Source: Leucoraja erinacea (taxonomy: Eukaryota). From it: a DNA stretch of 64,000 bases. The position numbers were made by a program, and so were the translations under genes. The notes beneath the pieces are model-generated. The model saw nothing but the letters and a program-made list of their open reading frames with translations. It did no database searches and was not told where the DNA came from. Positions 37,346 to 50,002 of the stretch are shown piece by piece. The DNA lies in NCBI RefSeq assembly GCF_028641065.1, contig NC_073377.1:91698001-91762000 (forward strand), given 5' to 3'. The first letter of the stretch is position 1. Each line of letters begins with the position of its first letter.

Positions 37346-37539
37346 TTATGCTCATTGGAGGTAAATTATTCCAGACCCAGAATTTTACTGCAGAGGTTCT
37401 TGAGGATCGAGTACTGGACCCAATCATCTTCAACTGCTCCATCGTTAACCTTCCTTCCAGCATGAATTCATATGTGGGGATTTTCACTGAAGATCACATG
37501 ATGTTCAATGCCATTCACAGTTCTGTAAATTAACTCTTG

Positions 37540-38030
37540 CATTCCCTCTCTCTCCATCTCTCCCCCAACCTAATCCTGCTATTTTCTCTGTTAGTATCCC
37601 TTCGTTATCACCTCCTCCACAGACAACAAAGGACCATTGTGGGGTCCATGGCCATCTGTGCCCACTGTGATTTGTTCTGTATTATAAGTTCATAACTCAT
37701 AGGAGCAGCATTAGGCCACTCGACTCATCAAGTCTACTCCATCATTCAATCATGGCTAATCTATCTTTCCCTCTCAACCACATTCTCCTGTCTTCTCCCT
37801 GTAACATTTGACACTCTTATTAATCAAGAACCTGTTAATCTCTGCTTCAAAAATACCCAATTACTTCTTTTCATTCCTCTAGTTTCCCTCTCCCCTGCCT
37901 CTTAATCTGAAGAAGGGTCTCAACCCGATGTGTCACCTCTTCCTTTTTGCCAGAGATGCTGCCTGACCCGCTGAGTTACTCCAGAATTTTGTGTCTATCT
38001 TTGGTATAAACCCTGCATCCTTCCTACACA
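37540..38030 (+). mobile_element. Penelope-like 3' repeat (decayed hammerhead ~37907-37936) with nested reverse CR1 tail (~37685-37860)
   Basis: ctgaagaagggtctcaacccga..gtcacc, ccagagatgctgcctgacccgctgagttactccag. Confidence 0.72.
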
Positions 38031-38544
38031 TTTCCTGCCTTTTGCTGCAAGACTCAGACAACATTCAGACGTGGGCTGTTAAATGGAAAGCAACATTTGC
38101 TCTACAGAAATTCCAGACCATGACCACCTCCAACCATAAAGTACTTAACCACCTATCTGGGACATTAAACCATCGCTGAGTCACACACCATTAACATCCA
38201 AGGGAAACTCAACTGGATGGGCCAAGTAAACAACGTGGCTGCAACAGTTCAAAGTCTGGGCAGCCTACAGTGAGTGACCTGCTTCCTGACAGCCCAAGGT
38301 CTTTCCACCATCTACAACGCAGAAGTCAGGAGTGTGATAGAACACTTGCTGGAAGCTCAACATCATTCAGGACAAAGAGGTTTATTTGATTGCCAATCTG
38401 AAAACCACCCTATGTATTCATTCCCTCTATCATTAGCTACAATGGATACAATGTGTGCTATCGGAACAGTCAACCCAAATTAATTACTTGTTGAATTCAA
38501 TACCATAGCCCCTCCCAATCTGTGACCTCTAGAATGAGGAAGGC

Positions 38545-38832
38545 CACGGTGGCACAGGGGTAGAGTTGCTGCACTTGCAGTGCCGGAGACCCGGGTTCAA
38601 TCCCGACTACGGGTGCTATCTGTACAGAGTTTGTATGTTCTTCCCACTACCACATGGGTTTTCTCCAAGATCTTCGGTTTCCTCCCACACTCCAAAGACG
38701 TACAGGTATGTAGGTTAATTAGCTTGGTGTATGTGTAAATCATCCCGTGTGTGTAGGATAGTGCAGGGTTCACTGGTTGGCTCAGACCCGGGGGCCAAAG
38801 AGCCTGTTTCCACACTGTATCTCTAAACTAAA
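38545..38832 (+). mobile_element. V-SINE
   Basis: Head, core, ctctaaactaaac tail. Confidence 0.88.
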
Positions 38833-38949
38833 CAAGGACTGCAGGTGCGTGAGAACACCACCACCAAGCGATGGCCGAGAGCAGGGTGTGTGCGTATAAA
38901 GTTTATAATAATGAAATGTCATTTATTGTAAACATGCAACACGTTTACA

Positions 38950-39760
38950 TGGCTTGACAAGGTTAGATGTGAACGTAGAAGGCATGGTGAGGAAGTTTGC
39001 AGATGACATTAAAGTAGGTGGTATAGTAGACTATGCAAACATTATCAACATTTACAGCAGGATCCTAGGCAGCTGGGTAAGTGACCTGAGGTATGGATGA
39101 TGGAGCTTAATGCAGATAAGTGCAAGGTGTTGAGAAGTCAAACTCAAGGCATCTTGAGAAGTCAAACCAAGGTAGACCTTCGCAGTGAATGATAGGGCCC
39201 TGGGGAGGGATGTAGAGCAGAGGGATCCAGGAGCACAGGTACACAGTTTCCCAAATGTGGTGTCTCAGGTAGACAGGATGATAAATAAGTCTTTTGGTAC
39301 ATTAGCCTTCATCTAATATAACATTTACAACACAGGAACAGGCCCTTCAGGCCACAATGTCCAGGCTGAACCTGATGCCAGGATAAACTAATCTCATCTG
39401 CTGCACATGATCCATAATCCTCCATTCTCTACATATACATGTATCTATCTAAAAGCCTCTCAAACACCTTTATTGTATCTGCCTCCATCATCAACCCTGA
39501 CAACGCGTTCCACGCATCCAACATCCTCTATGTAAAATCTTTCCTCACACATCTCCTTTAAACTTTGCTCCCCTTAAGGCTATGCTCTCTAGTCTTTCAC
39601 TTTCCACCCTGGGAAAAATGTACTGATTGTCCATCCTATGTATGCCTCTCATAATTGTATATTCTTGTACCAGCCCTCTTCACTACCTTGAGTATCTGAG
39701 AGAACAACCTAAGTGTATCCAACCTCTCCTTGTAACCAATCCGGTAAACTCTTTTGTACT
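38950..39760. mobile_element. CR1 RT fragment (+, ~38950-39315) abutting a CR1 3' fragment (-, ~39318-39760)
   Basis: KFADDIKVGG, W.MELNADKCKV; reverse 3'UTR. Confidence 0.78.
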
Positions 39761-40129
39761 CTAATTCATATCTTATCCCGATTTGGTAATATGTCACTTT
39801 TTTATTGTCACTGGTCTAAGTCTTGAAACCTCCTGTAACAACACAATGGCTGTACCTTCATCAGAAGGATTGTGGTATTTCAAGAAAGCAACACAGCACT
39901 TTCAAAGTGGGTCTTGGGAATGAGCAATAAACACTGACTTGATCAGGACTGTTAAGGTTCCACGAAAAACAAATGAATAAATAAAGATTCTTGGTCCTCA
40001 AACAACATCTATTCATCAAAGAGAAACTCCAAAATGCACAGATTGACTAAACATTTATCTCATTTCTATTTCACGGTTCTTGCTGCAACAGAATTAATAC
40101 TATAATAAAATAGAAAATGCTGGATATAC

Positions 40130-40430
40130 AGGTGACAAGGTGGGGCAGCGCCTTACAGTGCCTACAGCACCAGAGATCCAGGTTCGATCCCGTGTACGGG
40201 TGCATTCTCCCTGTGACCGCGTGGGTTTTCTCAGATATCTTCAGTTTCCTACTACACACCAAAGGGTATAGGTTTGTAGGTTAATTGGCTTGATATAAAT
40301 GTAAATTGTCCCTGGTGTGTAGAATAGTGGTAATGTGTGGGGATTGCTGGTCGCTGCAGACTCAGTGGATCGAAGGGCCATGCTGTTTCCATGCTGCATC
40401 TCTAAATGAAACCAAACTACACTAAACTAA
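40130..40430 (+). mobile_element. V-SINE
   Basis: Core and (CTAAA) tail. Confidence 0.8.
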
Positions 40431-40567
40431 ATTGCTCAATAGGTCTGTCTGCATCTGTGAGAAGAGAAACAGAGTTAACATTTCAAGTCAAAGACACTGT
40501 TGAAATGGGACAAAGGAGGTTTGTTAAGCCGCCGGTGAGGTTGGGAAGGGGCATTCCTGTGTTTGGC

Positions 40568-40937
40568 ATGAAGAAGGGTTTCGGCCCGTTGCCTATTTCC
40601 TTTGCTCCATAGATGCTGCCTCACCCACTGAGTTTCTCCAGCATTTTTGTCTACAGTTGTAGAGATGTTGCTTTACAATGCCAGAGACCCGGTTCAATCC
40701 TGATTACGGGTGCTTGCCTGTACGGAGGTTGCATGTTCCCCGATGACCTGCGTTGATTTTCTCCGGGAAGCTCCGGTTTCCTCCCACACTCCAAAGACGT
40801 ATAGGTTGGTAGGCTAATTGGCTTGGTATAAATGTAAACTTGCCCCTAGTGTGTGTCGGATAGTGTTAATGTGCGCGAATTGCTGGTCAGTGCAGACTTG
40901 ATGGACCCATGGGCCTGTTTTTGCACTGTATCTCTAA
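40568..40937 (+). mobile_element. Penelope-like terminal fragment (40568-40655) followed by V-SINE (~40657-40937)
   Basis: tgaagaagggtttcggcccg..gcctatttcc; V-SINE tail split by MITE. Confidence 0.78.
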
Positions 40938-41565
40938 AGGGCCTGTCCCACTTAGGCAATTTTTTTGGCGACTGCCGGCGACTATCACAGTCATAGCAGG
41001 TCGCCAAAAAGGCGGCGACTGAACCCCCCCCACGACAATGTCTACGACAACCTACCACCTAGTCGACGGCAAGCTACCAACAACTGGCGAAGCAATCGTC
41101 AAGACTTAGGATGTCCACCTATGACTGCACCACAGGTGACAACTTACGACAACCGAAGTCAACCTACGTCCACCCGCGACAAGCTACGATAAGCTATGAC
41201 CCTGTCGGAGACAACTGAAGACAATTCAGTCGCCGGTACCTGTCGCCGGTTGATGTAGGTTGATGTAGGTTGTCGCCAATGGAATTCACCAAAGTCAGCA
41301 CTCGGCGACAACCAACGTTACTTGGCATCATCCTGGCGACAACCTACGACAGCACCTATGACAGGAGAACACATGCAACGTCCACTCCACTGTCGCCGAA
41401 AGGTTTTGAATATTTCAAAATCCAGCGACAACAAGAAAAATGTTACGACACTTGAGGAGACAACTCACAAAATTCAGGTGTCACCCCGCGTCACCCCGCG
41501 ACCATGTGGCGACAGCCTATTTTACCGGCTGTTGCCGAAAAAATCACCTAAGTGGGACAGGCACC
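40938..41565. mobile_element. Harbinger-type MITE (628 bp) inserted in a V-SINE tail
   Basis: TIRs agggcctgtcccacttagg / cctaagtgggacaggcacc; TAA TSD 40935-37 and 41566-68; internal cgacaa/ctacga repeats. Confidence 0.88.
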
Positions 41566-42693
41566 TAAACAAGACGTTCACTCCTTTCTCTCTTCTGGCT
41601 AGAATGCCTCGGTTTTTTTAAGGAGCAGTCTGACGAGGTTCAGACGGCCAATCCAATGTCAGCTAATGGGACCCAGCTATTACCAGTGATGCTGTGGATT
41701 GAGCTGCCAGCCAGTGAGAGGGATCAGAGCGGCATCCAAGGGAGAGGGTGCTGCCACATGGGAGACTCTGTAATATTCTACCCCAATCTTTGTTGTAATA
41801 AATATACATAGAGAACAGTTGTTCACATGATGCAATGCTCAAAGTGGTAGCAACACAATTTTACAGAAACGCCACATGTCTTAAAGCAGTGGCAGTTCCA
41901 CCACTGTAAGGAATGGATGGAGGATCTCCCAAGAGGTCTGCTGCTCCTTTGCTTGTGACTCAGCTGGTCATTGAGTGTCTTGTGTGGCAGCTTCTGTCCT
42001 GTATCCTGCTGTGCAAGTCTTGCTCTCTACTTCCTGCATTCACACTCCCATTCCTACATCTGGAATAGCTCACTCCATTCTCACATCTGGAATGGCTCAT
42101 AGATAACCGATTGCTTTGTGAATACAGCAGTGTTTCTCACTTGGTTGTTATGTTTTAAGCTTGTCCACAATGTACGATATCCAAGTTTCCAGGTAGTGAG
42201 CAGAATGATCCCGGAGTTTGCTGTGATTGCTTTTGCGAGAGTAATGTTGCACTAATTCATAGGCTTGTGCACATTGAGAGTAAAGACACATGAAATGGGA
42301 AATTGTTTATATTGAGGCATGATCCTTCTAGGACTAAACTTCTCCATCCCCATAAATTCAGAGGCTGACGGAGATCCTCCAGGAGGCCATGGACTATCAT
42401 AACTGAGTTCTCCTCATTTACTTGGGCTGCAAATTGTCTTTCCATTATTTTCCTGGGCCATGTGTTTTCAATAAGTTTTTAAACAAGGAAAAGACAAAAT
42501 GGCATAAAACGTGAATTTTTTTAGTTTAGAGATACAGCGCGGAAACAGACCTTTCGGCCCACTGAGCCACTGAGGTGTGATTGATGTGGTATAAGCCCTC
42601 TGTGAGACATGGTCTGTTCAGACAAAAGCAACACTGTGCCCATGTGAAGAAATGATGCGTTCTCCCAGTGTCCCCAGATCCAACATATTTTAC

Positions 42694-43040
42694 TTTAGTT
42701 TAGAGATACAGAGTAGAAACATGACTTCGACCACTGAGTCCACGTTGACCAGCAATCCCTGCACACTAACACTATCCTACATACAATAATGACAATTTAC
42801 AATTTTACCAAGCCAATTTTACCAGTGGCACAGTGGCGCATCGGTAGAGTTGCTGCCTTACAGCGAATGCCAGAGACAGATTCTACTGACAGAGACCCGG
42901 GTTCGATCTTGAGTCCCTGGAGAATGCCCACGTGGTCACATGGAGAATGTACAAACTCCATACAGACAGCACCAGTAGGTAGGTTCGAACACGGGTCTCT
43001 GCTGCTGTAAGGCAGCAACACTACCGTTGTGTCATCATGC
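42694..43040 (-). mobile_element. V-SINE with a + strand V-SINE head inserted (~42825-42912)
   Basis: Reverse tail and head with embedded ggcacagtggcgca..ggttcgatc. Confidence 0.7.
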
Positions 43041-46000
43041 CACCTGCAAAACGAGTCAAGTCAAGTCAAGTCTATTCATCACATACACATACGAGATGTG
43101 CAGTGAAATGAAAAGTGGCAATGCTCGCTGACTTTGTGCAAAAAGGACAAACAACCAAACAGAATCACATATTCTTTACATATTGTGGGCGGAGGGAAAA
43201 ACAGCAATTTAAAAAAAATCTCTGCAAAATAGTAAATGCTATTTTATTTTCCAAATGTTATTTACTTTTATCCCCAACGCAGGATACCTTATCGCTGGGG
43301 TGTCTTTGCAGCAGATGCTAGGGTATTTTTTACAGAACGATATTGAATTCAAAGGCTTGAGAATAGCAGGAAGATTTTGTTTATTGTTGGAGTCCCCTTG
43401 CTTGGTTCTTAGGATTAGTGGCCAAGTAGTCAATAGGTTTGTGTACAATAGTGCAAGGGATAGAATAGCTGATGTGCATTCCAACTATAGCTGAAGGTCA
43501 GTTAGCAACGCAGAGAGCACTGGGCCACAGATGAGTCGACAAAGTAAATACCACCTGAGAAAACAGGAAAAAGTCACATTCACTTTAACATCTTTTATTC
43601 ACGAGATGACATGCACCATTAGTGGCGCTGAAAGCAAAACAAGCTCCCAAACATAGCAAACTCTCATTGTATAGCAGGCTCTTACTTTAAAGAACTCCAT
43701 ACTTACTGGACAATGATGTGACACCGGAAATAATGATCATATCATACATCTCAGATTCCCTCAGGTCTGGAGTTAACAAAGTGTGAACACCAAATTGACA
43801 AGTCCAAGGTTTTTAAGCAGCAATAAAAAAAATAGTAGAAAGGGTTAGAAGGAATAAAAGGGGTACAAAGGAGTGTTTCTCTATGTATGTCTTTACTTGC
43901 AGACAGCATGATATCTTAGTTAAGCAGCTAATTTTATGTAAGTACTTCTGGTATTGTCCAGGGATTGCAAGTCCTTTCATAATAATCTTGTTTGTGTTTT
44001 CTCATAAGTAAGAATCCAAAGAATAAAATGAAAAGAGATTGTAACTTTTTGAATTTTGGTTTGGTTCCAGCACAGGATTGAAGGCGGGATCAAGAAATCA
44101 ATCAATTAACGTGGTACACCATTAGCAAATATGTTAGTAATTCAGGATGATATCTGGGGAATATAAACACAGTTAAAAGGCTGTCACTGTTCAATTACTT
44201 TAAATTGCTCTAATCATCAGTAACTTTTACCAAGTTTCCCTGAACACTGAGACATCATTCATGTGTTACAATTCTGCTGGGTGCATTGGCACACTTTCCA
44301 GGAAAAAATATTCAACTTTGCAATAAAATTCTTGGGCTTCTCATGACTTGACATTTATACATTTTTTCCCCTAAAATTACTTAGACCTGACATTCAAGTT
44401 AGTTCTAGTGCCGTCACAGCAATTATAACCATTTGACATTCTAGTCGAGCAAAGAAACTGCTTTCCTTATTTGGGGGCTATTTATCTTTTCTTAATAATG
44501 ATTAAGTGTGATTTATTTTTTTTTCTCTGAGCTATTTATAAACTCGTACTGAAGTAAATGTTGTTTAGTTGATGTGTAGACATTTGTAAGAGTTACAGTA
44601 TATGTTATACGTTTAAATTTATTCTGAAAATGTAATACCTTTAAGGGACTGCTGAAGGCTGCCAACAAAAGGGTGTTTTTTTTCTTTTTAACTTGCTCTC
44701 ATGTGCAGCCAAGGTAAGCAGGAATGTTCCTCCTGGCTCCAAAGCCTTCCCAAGGGATGGTACCAGCCTACTCTCAATGTCACCACCTACTACATCCAAC
44801 CCATCCTGTTCACCACATCTCCCCATTCCAGAGCCCTTATCTGGGCCTCTTCTGAATGTTTAATGATGGTTGCCAATCAGGAGTTATAAGATTGCAACCC
44901 ACTTGGAAGAACCTCAGGCCTTTAGTTCTGGGTTCAGGACCTGCATGTGTTGTGTAAGATGGATCTAAACCAACATTTAACCTGTTCCCCCTTCCTACAT
45001 TTTCCTCATTAGCATCTTTCTCCCCTTGCCTCACAATACCTCACAGACTACTTGTTCCATTCTCTTATTTTCAACAAAGTCCTTCTTTTCATTAAATGGC
45101 CTATGTTTCCACATCTTCCTCCTTAACTAAATCCCCAAGGAGATTTCTTACCCATTTCCTTTGTCCCACCCAACAAATGGATCTGCCTCTTTGTCTGACT
45201 CTCTCCAGTTTTCCAGAATAAAGCATCACTGTAATAAATATCTGTACTCGGGGGAGATCTTCACCAGAAATTGGTTGTGTTGTTTTTGTTCTGCTGACTG
45301 TACACAGTCAACAACAACTGAGTTATTGTTAACAGCACAGAGCCCCAACTGGGTGATGGCATCTCTATGACATTGTTCTTATAGACCAAAGATTGGCATT
45401 AGGACTGGTGAGGGCAGGACAAGTGACCTTTGTACAGCGAGTGTCCGAGTTAGCACTACACATGCAAAACAACTTTGTCAAACATGGCAAACAAACATTT
45501 CATGGCCATCATAGTAGGATTTAAAATTATGACGCTATAATATGTAGACTGGAAGAAAGGGGTAAAGATTTTACAGAGGATGCAGATGAGCTTTACTAAA
45601 ATAATTCGAGGGATAAGAATCTTTTCATCTGCGGATAGACTAGAAAACCTGGGTTGGTGTTTTTAGAACACAGGATCCAATTGAGAGGTATAGCTCGGAG
45701 AACATATTTACTGATGGAGAGGAGTTACTCCCATTAGAAGTAGGGTTAATGAGCAACAGAACCAGAAATGACATGGGTAAAAACTTCTTTGCACTGTGTG
45801 CGTGTTAAGGTTACTTGCAGGGTAGGTTCAACTAGAGGTTTGAAAACTGTACCTGAAAGGAAAGAATTTATAACTCTTAGGGTGGGAGAATGGACTAGTT
45901 AGATTGCTCTTGGAAATTGCTGATGTAAGCTTAATAGTCTGTATAGCCTCATCCGGAGCTGCAACTATGAGATTCTACAAAAGAACAACATGCGTTTCCA

Positions 46001-46159
46001 TTAAGAATATCTGCAGGTGCTGGAATACTGAGATAAAAATCAAAGAGACCCTTCTTTAACTTGAAACATTACATTTCTCTTTCCAGCCAGAATGTTTCCA
46101 GCATTTTGTGTTTTTAGTATGCATTTTTTTAAATGATTTTAATGAACTTCTTAATATAC

Positions 46160-46620
46160 CTCTCAGGGAATATTCCAGTTGAGTGTTTTGGAATGTGATC
46201 ACTGTTGTGATGTAGGAACAGCAACAGCCATTTTGTGCATAGCTTGCACCTATAAATGATAGTGACGAGAAAAAAACATCAAGAAATGTATCCTTGGTTA
46301 TGAGCTCCACACATGCAATCCCTTTACTTAAATATAATTGAATTCAGAAGCAGATGCAACAATATTTCATGTTTAGGACTGACTGAGTGACTGAGGATAA
46401 ATTTTGCAATCTGTTACCTTTAGTGATGTTGAGGGAATGGATAAATAATGACTTTTAAAAGAACGCCATGGCATCTTTAATATCTGGCAGAGAGAGCAAA
46501 CGTTCATCCAAAGAGCTTGGTACTCCCTTAGTATTACACTCAGCTTGTATTTTCATGCTCAAATCTCAGGAGGGAGTTAAAATCTCTAATCTTCTACCAA
46601 CTGAACCACAAAGTGAAGCT
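46160..46620 (-). mobile_element. Deu-SINE (SacSINE1-like) remnant
   Basis: tcactgttgtgatgtaggaac..cagccattttgtgcatagc and gccatggcatctttaa..actccctt..agta resemble reversed Deu core/head. Confidence 0.55.
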
Positions 46621-46940
46621 GAAGGTGTGTGTACAATGGTTGGCGTACTAAATGTGGACTTTACTTTCCTTAACCATGGTGTACCCTGTAAACCCATTGT
46701 GGTACTTAAATTCTGTACTTGTGATTAATCTTCTTTCTGTCTCTTTGAGTTTCTTCTTAAAGTAGTGCTGAATTTAGCCTAATCTGAGTTTTCTACTTAT
46801 TGATAACCCAACAAGAATATTAACATATTGTGAAATGTGGTGTCGTTCTGTAATTTAGTTCGACAATTATTCATCAATGTGTCATTGTTAAACTCAAGCA
46901 CTTCATGATTCACAAGCACACAAATTAAAACTGAGCGATC

Positions 46941-47231
46941 GCAGCACAGTGGCTCAGCGGTTGAGCCACTGCCTTACAGCGCCAGAGACCCAGGTTCGAT
47001 CCTGACTACAGGTGCTTGTCTGTACGGAGTTTGTACATTCTCCCTGTGACTTGCGTGGATTTTCTCAGAGATCTTCGGTTTCCTCCCACACTCCAAAGAT
47101 GTACACGTTTGTAGGTTAATTGACGGTGTAAATGTAAAATTGGCCAGAGGACAGGGATCCTTTGTTGGTGCGGACTTGGTGGGTCAAAGTGCCTGTTTCC
47201 ACGCTGTATCTCTAAACTAAAATAAACTAAA
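46941..47231 (+). mobile_element. V-SINE
   Basis: Full head/core/tail. Confidence 0.88.
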
Positions 47232-47476
47232 TAAGTGGGAGTTTAATACCAATTTGGTTTATAATGTCATTTAAAAGTGGACAAAATTGGGAATCATTAT
47301 CGACAATGAGGTCTTTTGGTAAGTCTTCTTCACCAATGTGTTCTGCTGTGGTACCAGACTCAACATATTTCACCCTGATTCATTTTGAATGATTAATTAT
47401 GGATACCAAGAAGCTGACAGTCCCTCCGCTCACAATAACGTGGTCGCTTTGGAAAGAAGTAGTATGCCAATTTTAA

Positions 47477-48287
47477 CTCTGTCCCACTTAGGCGATGTTT
47501 CAGGCAACTGCCGGTGACTGTCAAGTCGTAGCAGGTCGCTGAAAAACCAGTGACTGGAACGGCGACTGGAATAGCGACTATCAGAGTGGAACACACATAC
47601 ACATACACACATCACCATTTACCAGCCATTTATGAAGGCGAGGGACAGGGCAAATGGGGGGGGGGGGGGGGAGGGAAGCGCTGTCTGAGTGAAATTCACA
47701 CGGTGTAAATCCAATGTGATACAGACACAAACCGCATTAAACAGGCTGGTTGGCGCTTTAATTAAGACGGTGAAAGCACAGTGTACGGGAAGGGTCACTT
47801 AAGTCCTTTAAAAGAGGGGGGAGAGGGGGAGAAGGGAGGAGAAGGGGGGAGAAGGGGGGTGACGGGGTGGGGAGAAGGAGTGTAGACAACTTTTTAAAAA
47901 GCCAGAGATACACGGTTGTGAAGCTCGGCGGACATTAACATTGCCAATCGGTTATCCATGGTCCTGAAAACTACTGTCTACGTTTCCAGCGGTCAGCACT
48001 GGCGACAACCTACGTCCATCTCTAACAAGCTACGACCTCCTGGTGACCCACTACTACTCCACCTACGTCACAAGAACTCTTGCTACTTTCCATGGCCGCT
48101 AATTTGTCAACATGTTGAAAAATTAGCGGCGACCAGAATGAAGCCGTGACTAGTTACAAGAATGCGGGAACTACTCACCACCATGCAGGCGACACCCCGG
48201 CAACTTTCGGCGAACATGTGGTGACCTTGTGGTGACCTCATATTCTCCTGTAGTCGTCTAAAAAGTCGCATAAGTGAGACAGGCCCA
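47477..48287. mobile_element. Harbinger-type non-autonomous element
   Basis: ctgtcccactta / taagtgagacaggccca; TAA on both sides; reverse homologue of 33953-35002. Confidence 0.85.
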
Positions 48288-48619
48288 TAAAGGTCTTTGT
48301 GTTGACTTGATGCTGCAATTTTGACAGTTTATACCATTTACTTGCTCTTCAGTCTTTTATCAATGCAGGCCAATAAACAAAATGCTTGATTGTTGCCTTA
48401 ATGCTTACAATAGCAGAATGTTTATTGTGAAACTCTTCAAGTTCTGTTTTTTTCAATAAAACAATACGACTTTGTGTCTCATTTGACCAGCAACAACTTG
48501 TTCTGTTGGTTATGGCACCATTTCGAAATTTGTTTAATTAGTTCAATCTTGTGGTTTGTAGTTTATTTATTTTTAGAACTGTATTATTGGTGTATTCTTG
48601 GCTAGCTCCATTTGCTACC

Positions 48620-49182
48620 TAGAATTCTTGAGCCCGGTTGTACTAACACCAATAATTATGAAGTGCCGGAGAGATTGGTCCTTAAGCACATCAAGGCCAC
48701 TCTCCCATCAACCCTGGATCCACACCAATATGCTCACAGAGACAACAGATCAACAGAAGATGCCATTGCCACTGGCCTCCATACTGTACTGCTCCACCTG
48801 GAACAATGGGGAGCATATGCAAACTGCTATTTGTGGATTACAGCTCTGCATTCATCACAATCATACCCAGCAGACTGGTCTCCAAGCTGTCCGACCTAGG
48901 CTTCGAACATAACATCTGCCTATGGATTAAGGACTCCCTTACGGACTGGCCACAGTCAGTCAAGATGGGACCCCACCACTCCCCCACTCTGACACTCATC
49001 ACAGGAGCTCCACAAGGCTGTGTGCTGAGTCCCCTCCTCTACTCCCTCTATACATATGTTGTTGTTTCCATTGTCATTATTATTTATCTGTTATGTTGGA
49101 GCTCCGTTCGGGCAGCGCGCCTGAAATTTTGTTGTATGGTTTTACAATGACAATAAATGTATATTATTATTATTATTATTAT
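48620..49182 (+). mobile_element. Rex1-like fragment: RT N-half fused directly to 3' tail
   Basis: LDPHQYA..NRSTEDAI, LLFVDYSSAF, GAPQGCVLSPLLYSLYT, then aatgacaataaa + (ATT)n. Confidence 0.85.
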
Positions 49183-49713
49183 AAATTAATCTTCTACTAT
49201 CTTCAAAGTAAATATCATGCTTACACGGTAAACCTACATTTTTATAGGGTAACCTTGGCAATGCTTCGGGAATCACACTTTGTTTTAAACTACTGTATTG
49301 AATCGTGTGAATGTATAAAGAGATGAAGATGGCCTGCCTGACATTCTTGATGCAACATTTGCTGAATAGGACAACAAATTGATAATAAATATGTATGGTC
49401 TGTGTTCAAAGTTAAATATCTGACCAACAGAAATAAACAAAAGTTTTACGCCAAAGAAAATTGCTAATGGTTATTTCTCTACCTGCACATAGTTTCACTC
49501 ACTCATTGTCAAAGTAAAGTAAAGTAAAGTATCCTTTATTGTCATTCAGACTTTTCAGTCTGAACGAAATTTCGTGCCTCAATGTAAATGATGTAACTAA
49601 TTCTGTACAAATGCACACTTGGTTCACTTGAGCCTTGCATTGTGTTTGAGTTGTTGCCTGTACACTTCCAATATCCAAGGACTTTATTTTTCAATACTCA
49701 TGGCTAACACTGA

Positions 49714-50002
49714 GGGCAGCACAGTGGTGTAGTGGTAGAGTTGCTGCCATACAGAGCCAGAAACCTGCATTCAATCCTGACTAGGGGTGGTGTCTGTATG
49801 AAGTTTGTACATTATCCCTGTGACCGCGTGGGTTTTCACCGGGTTCTCCGGTTTCTTCCCACATTCCAAAGACGTACAGATTTGTAGGTTAAGTTGCATC
49901 TGTAAATTGTCCCTCATGTGTAGGATTGTGCTAATGTATGGGTAATCGCTGGGTAGTGTGGACAGTGGGCTTAAGAGCCTGTTCCCATACTGTATCTCTA
50001 AA
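49714..50002 (+). mobile_element. V-SINE
   Basis: Full head/core/tail. Confidence 0.88.

Larger units (their letters stand above)
36960..38540 (+). mobile_element. Old L2-like LINE fragment, interrupted by MITE, Penelope-like and CR1 pieces
   Basis: VLDPIIFNCSI..LPS...VGIFTED (decayed FADD), LLQDSDNIQTWA.KW..TF, TIYNAEVRSVIE. Confidence 0.6.

Noticed and set aside
40938-41565. Regularly recurring short motifs suggesting a CRISPR-like array
   Set aside because: Degenerate 6-10-bp motifs without constant repeat/spacer lengths, inside a TIR element; eukaryotic context, no cas genes.
42043-42099. ~28-bp tandem duplication (similar one at ~27099-27151)
   Set aside because: Ordinary slippage duplications.
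46941-47010. tRNA-like sequence with A/B boxes (also 293, 12617, 38545, 49714)
   Set aside because: SINE heads continuing into V-SINE core and tail; not tRNA genes.
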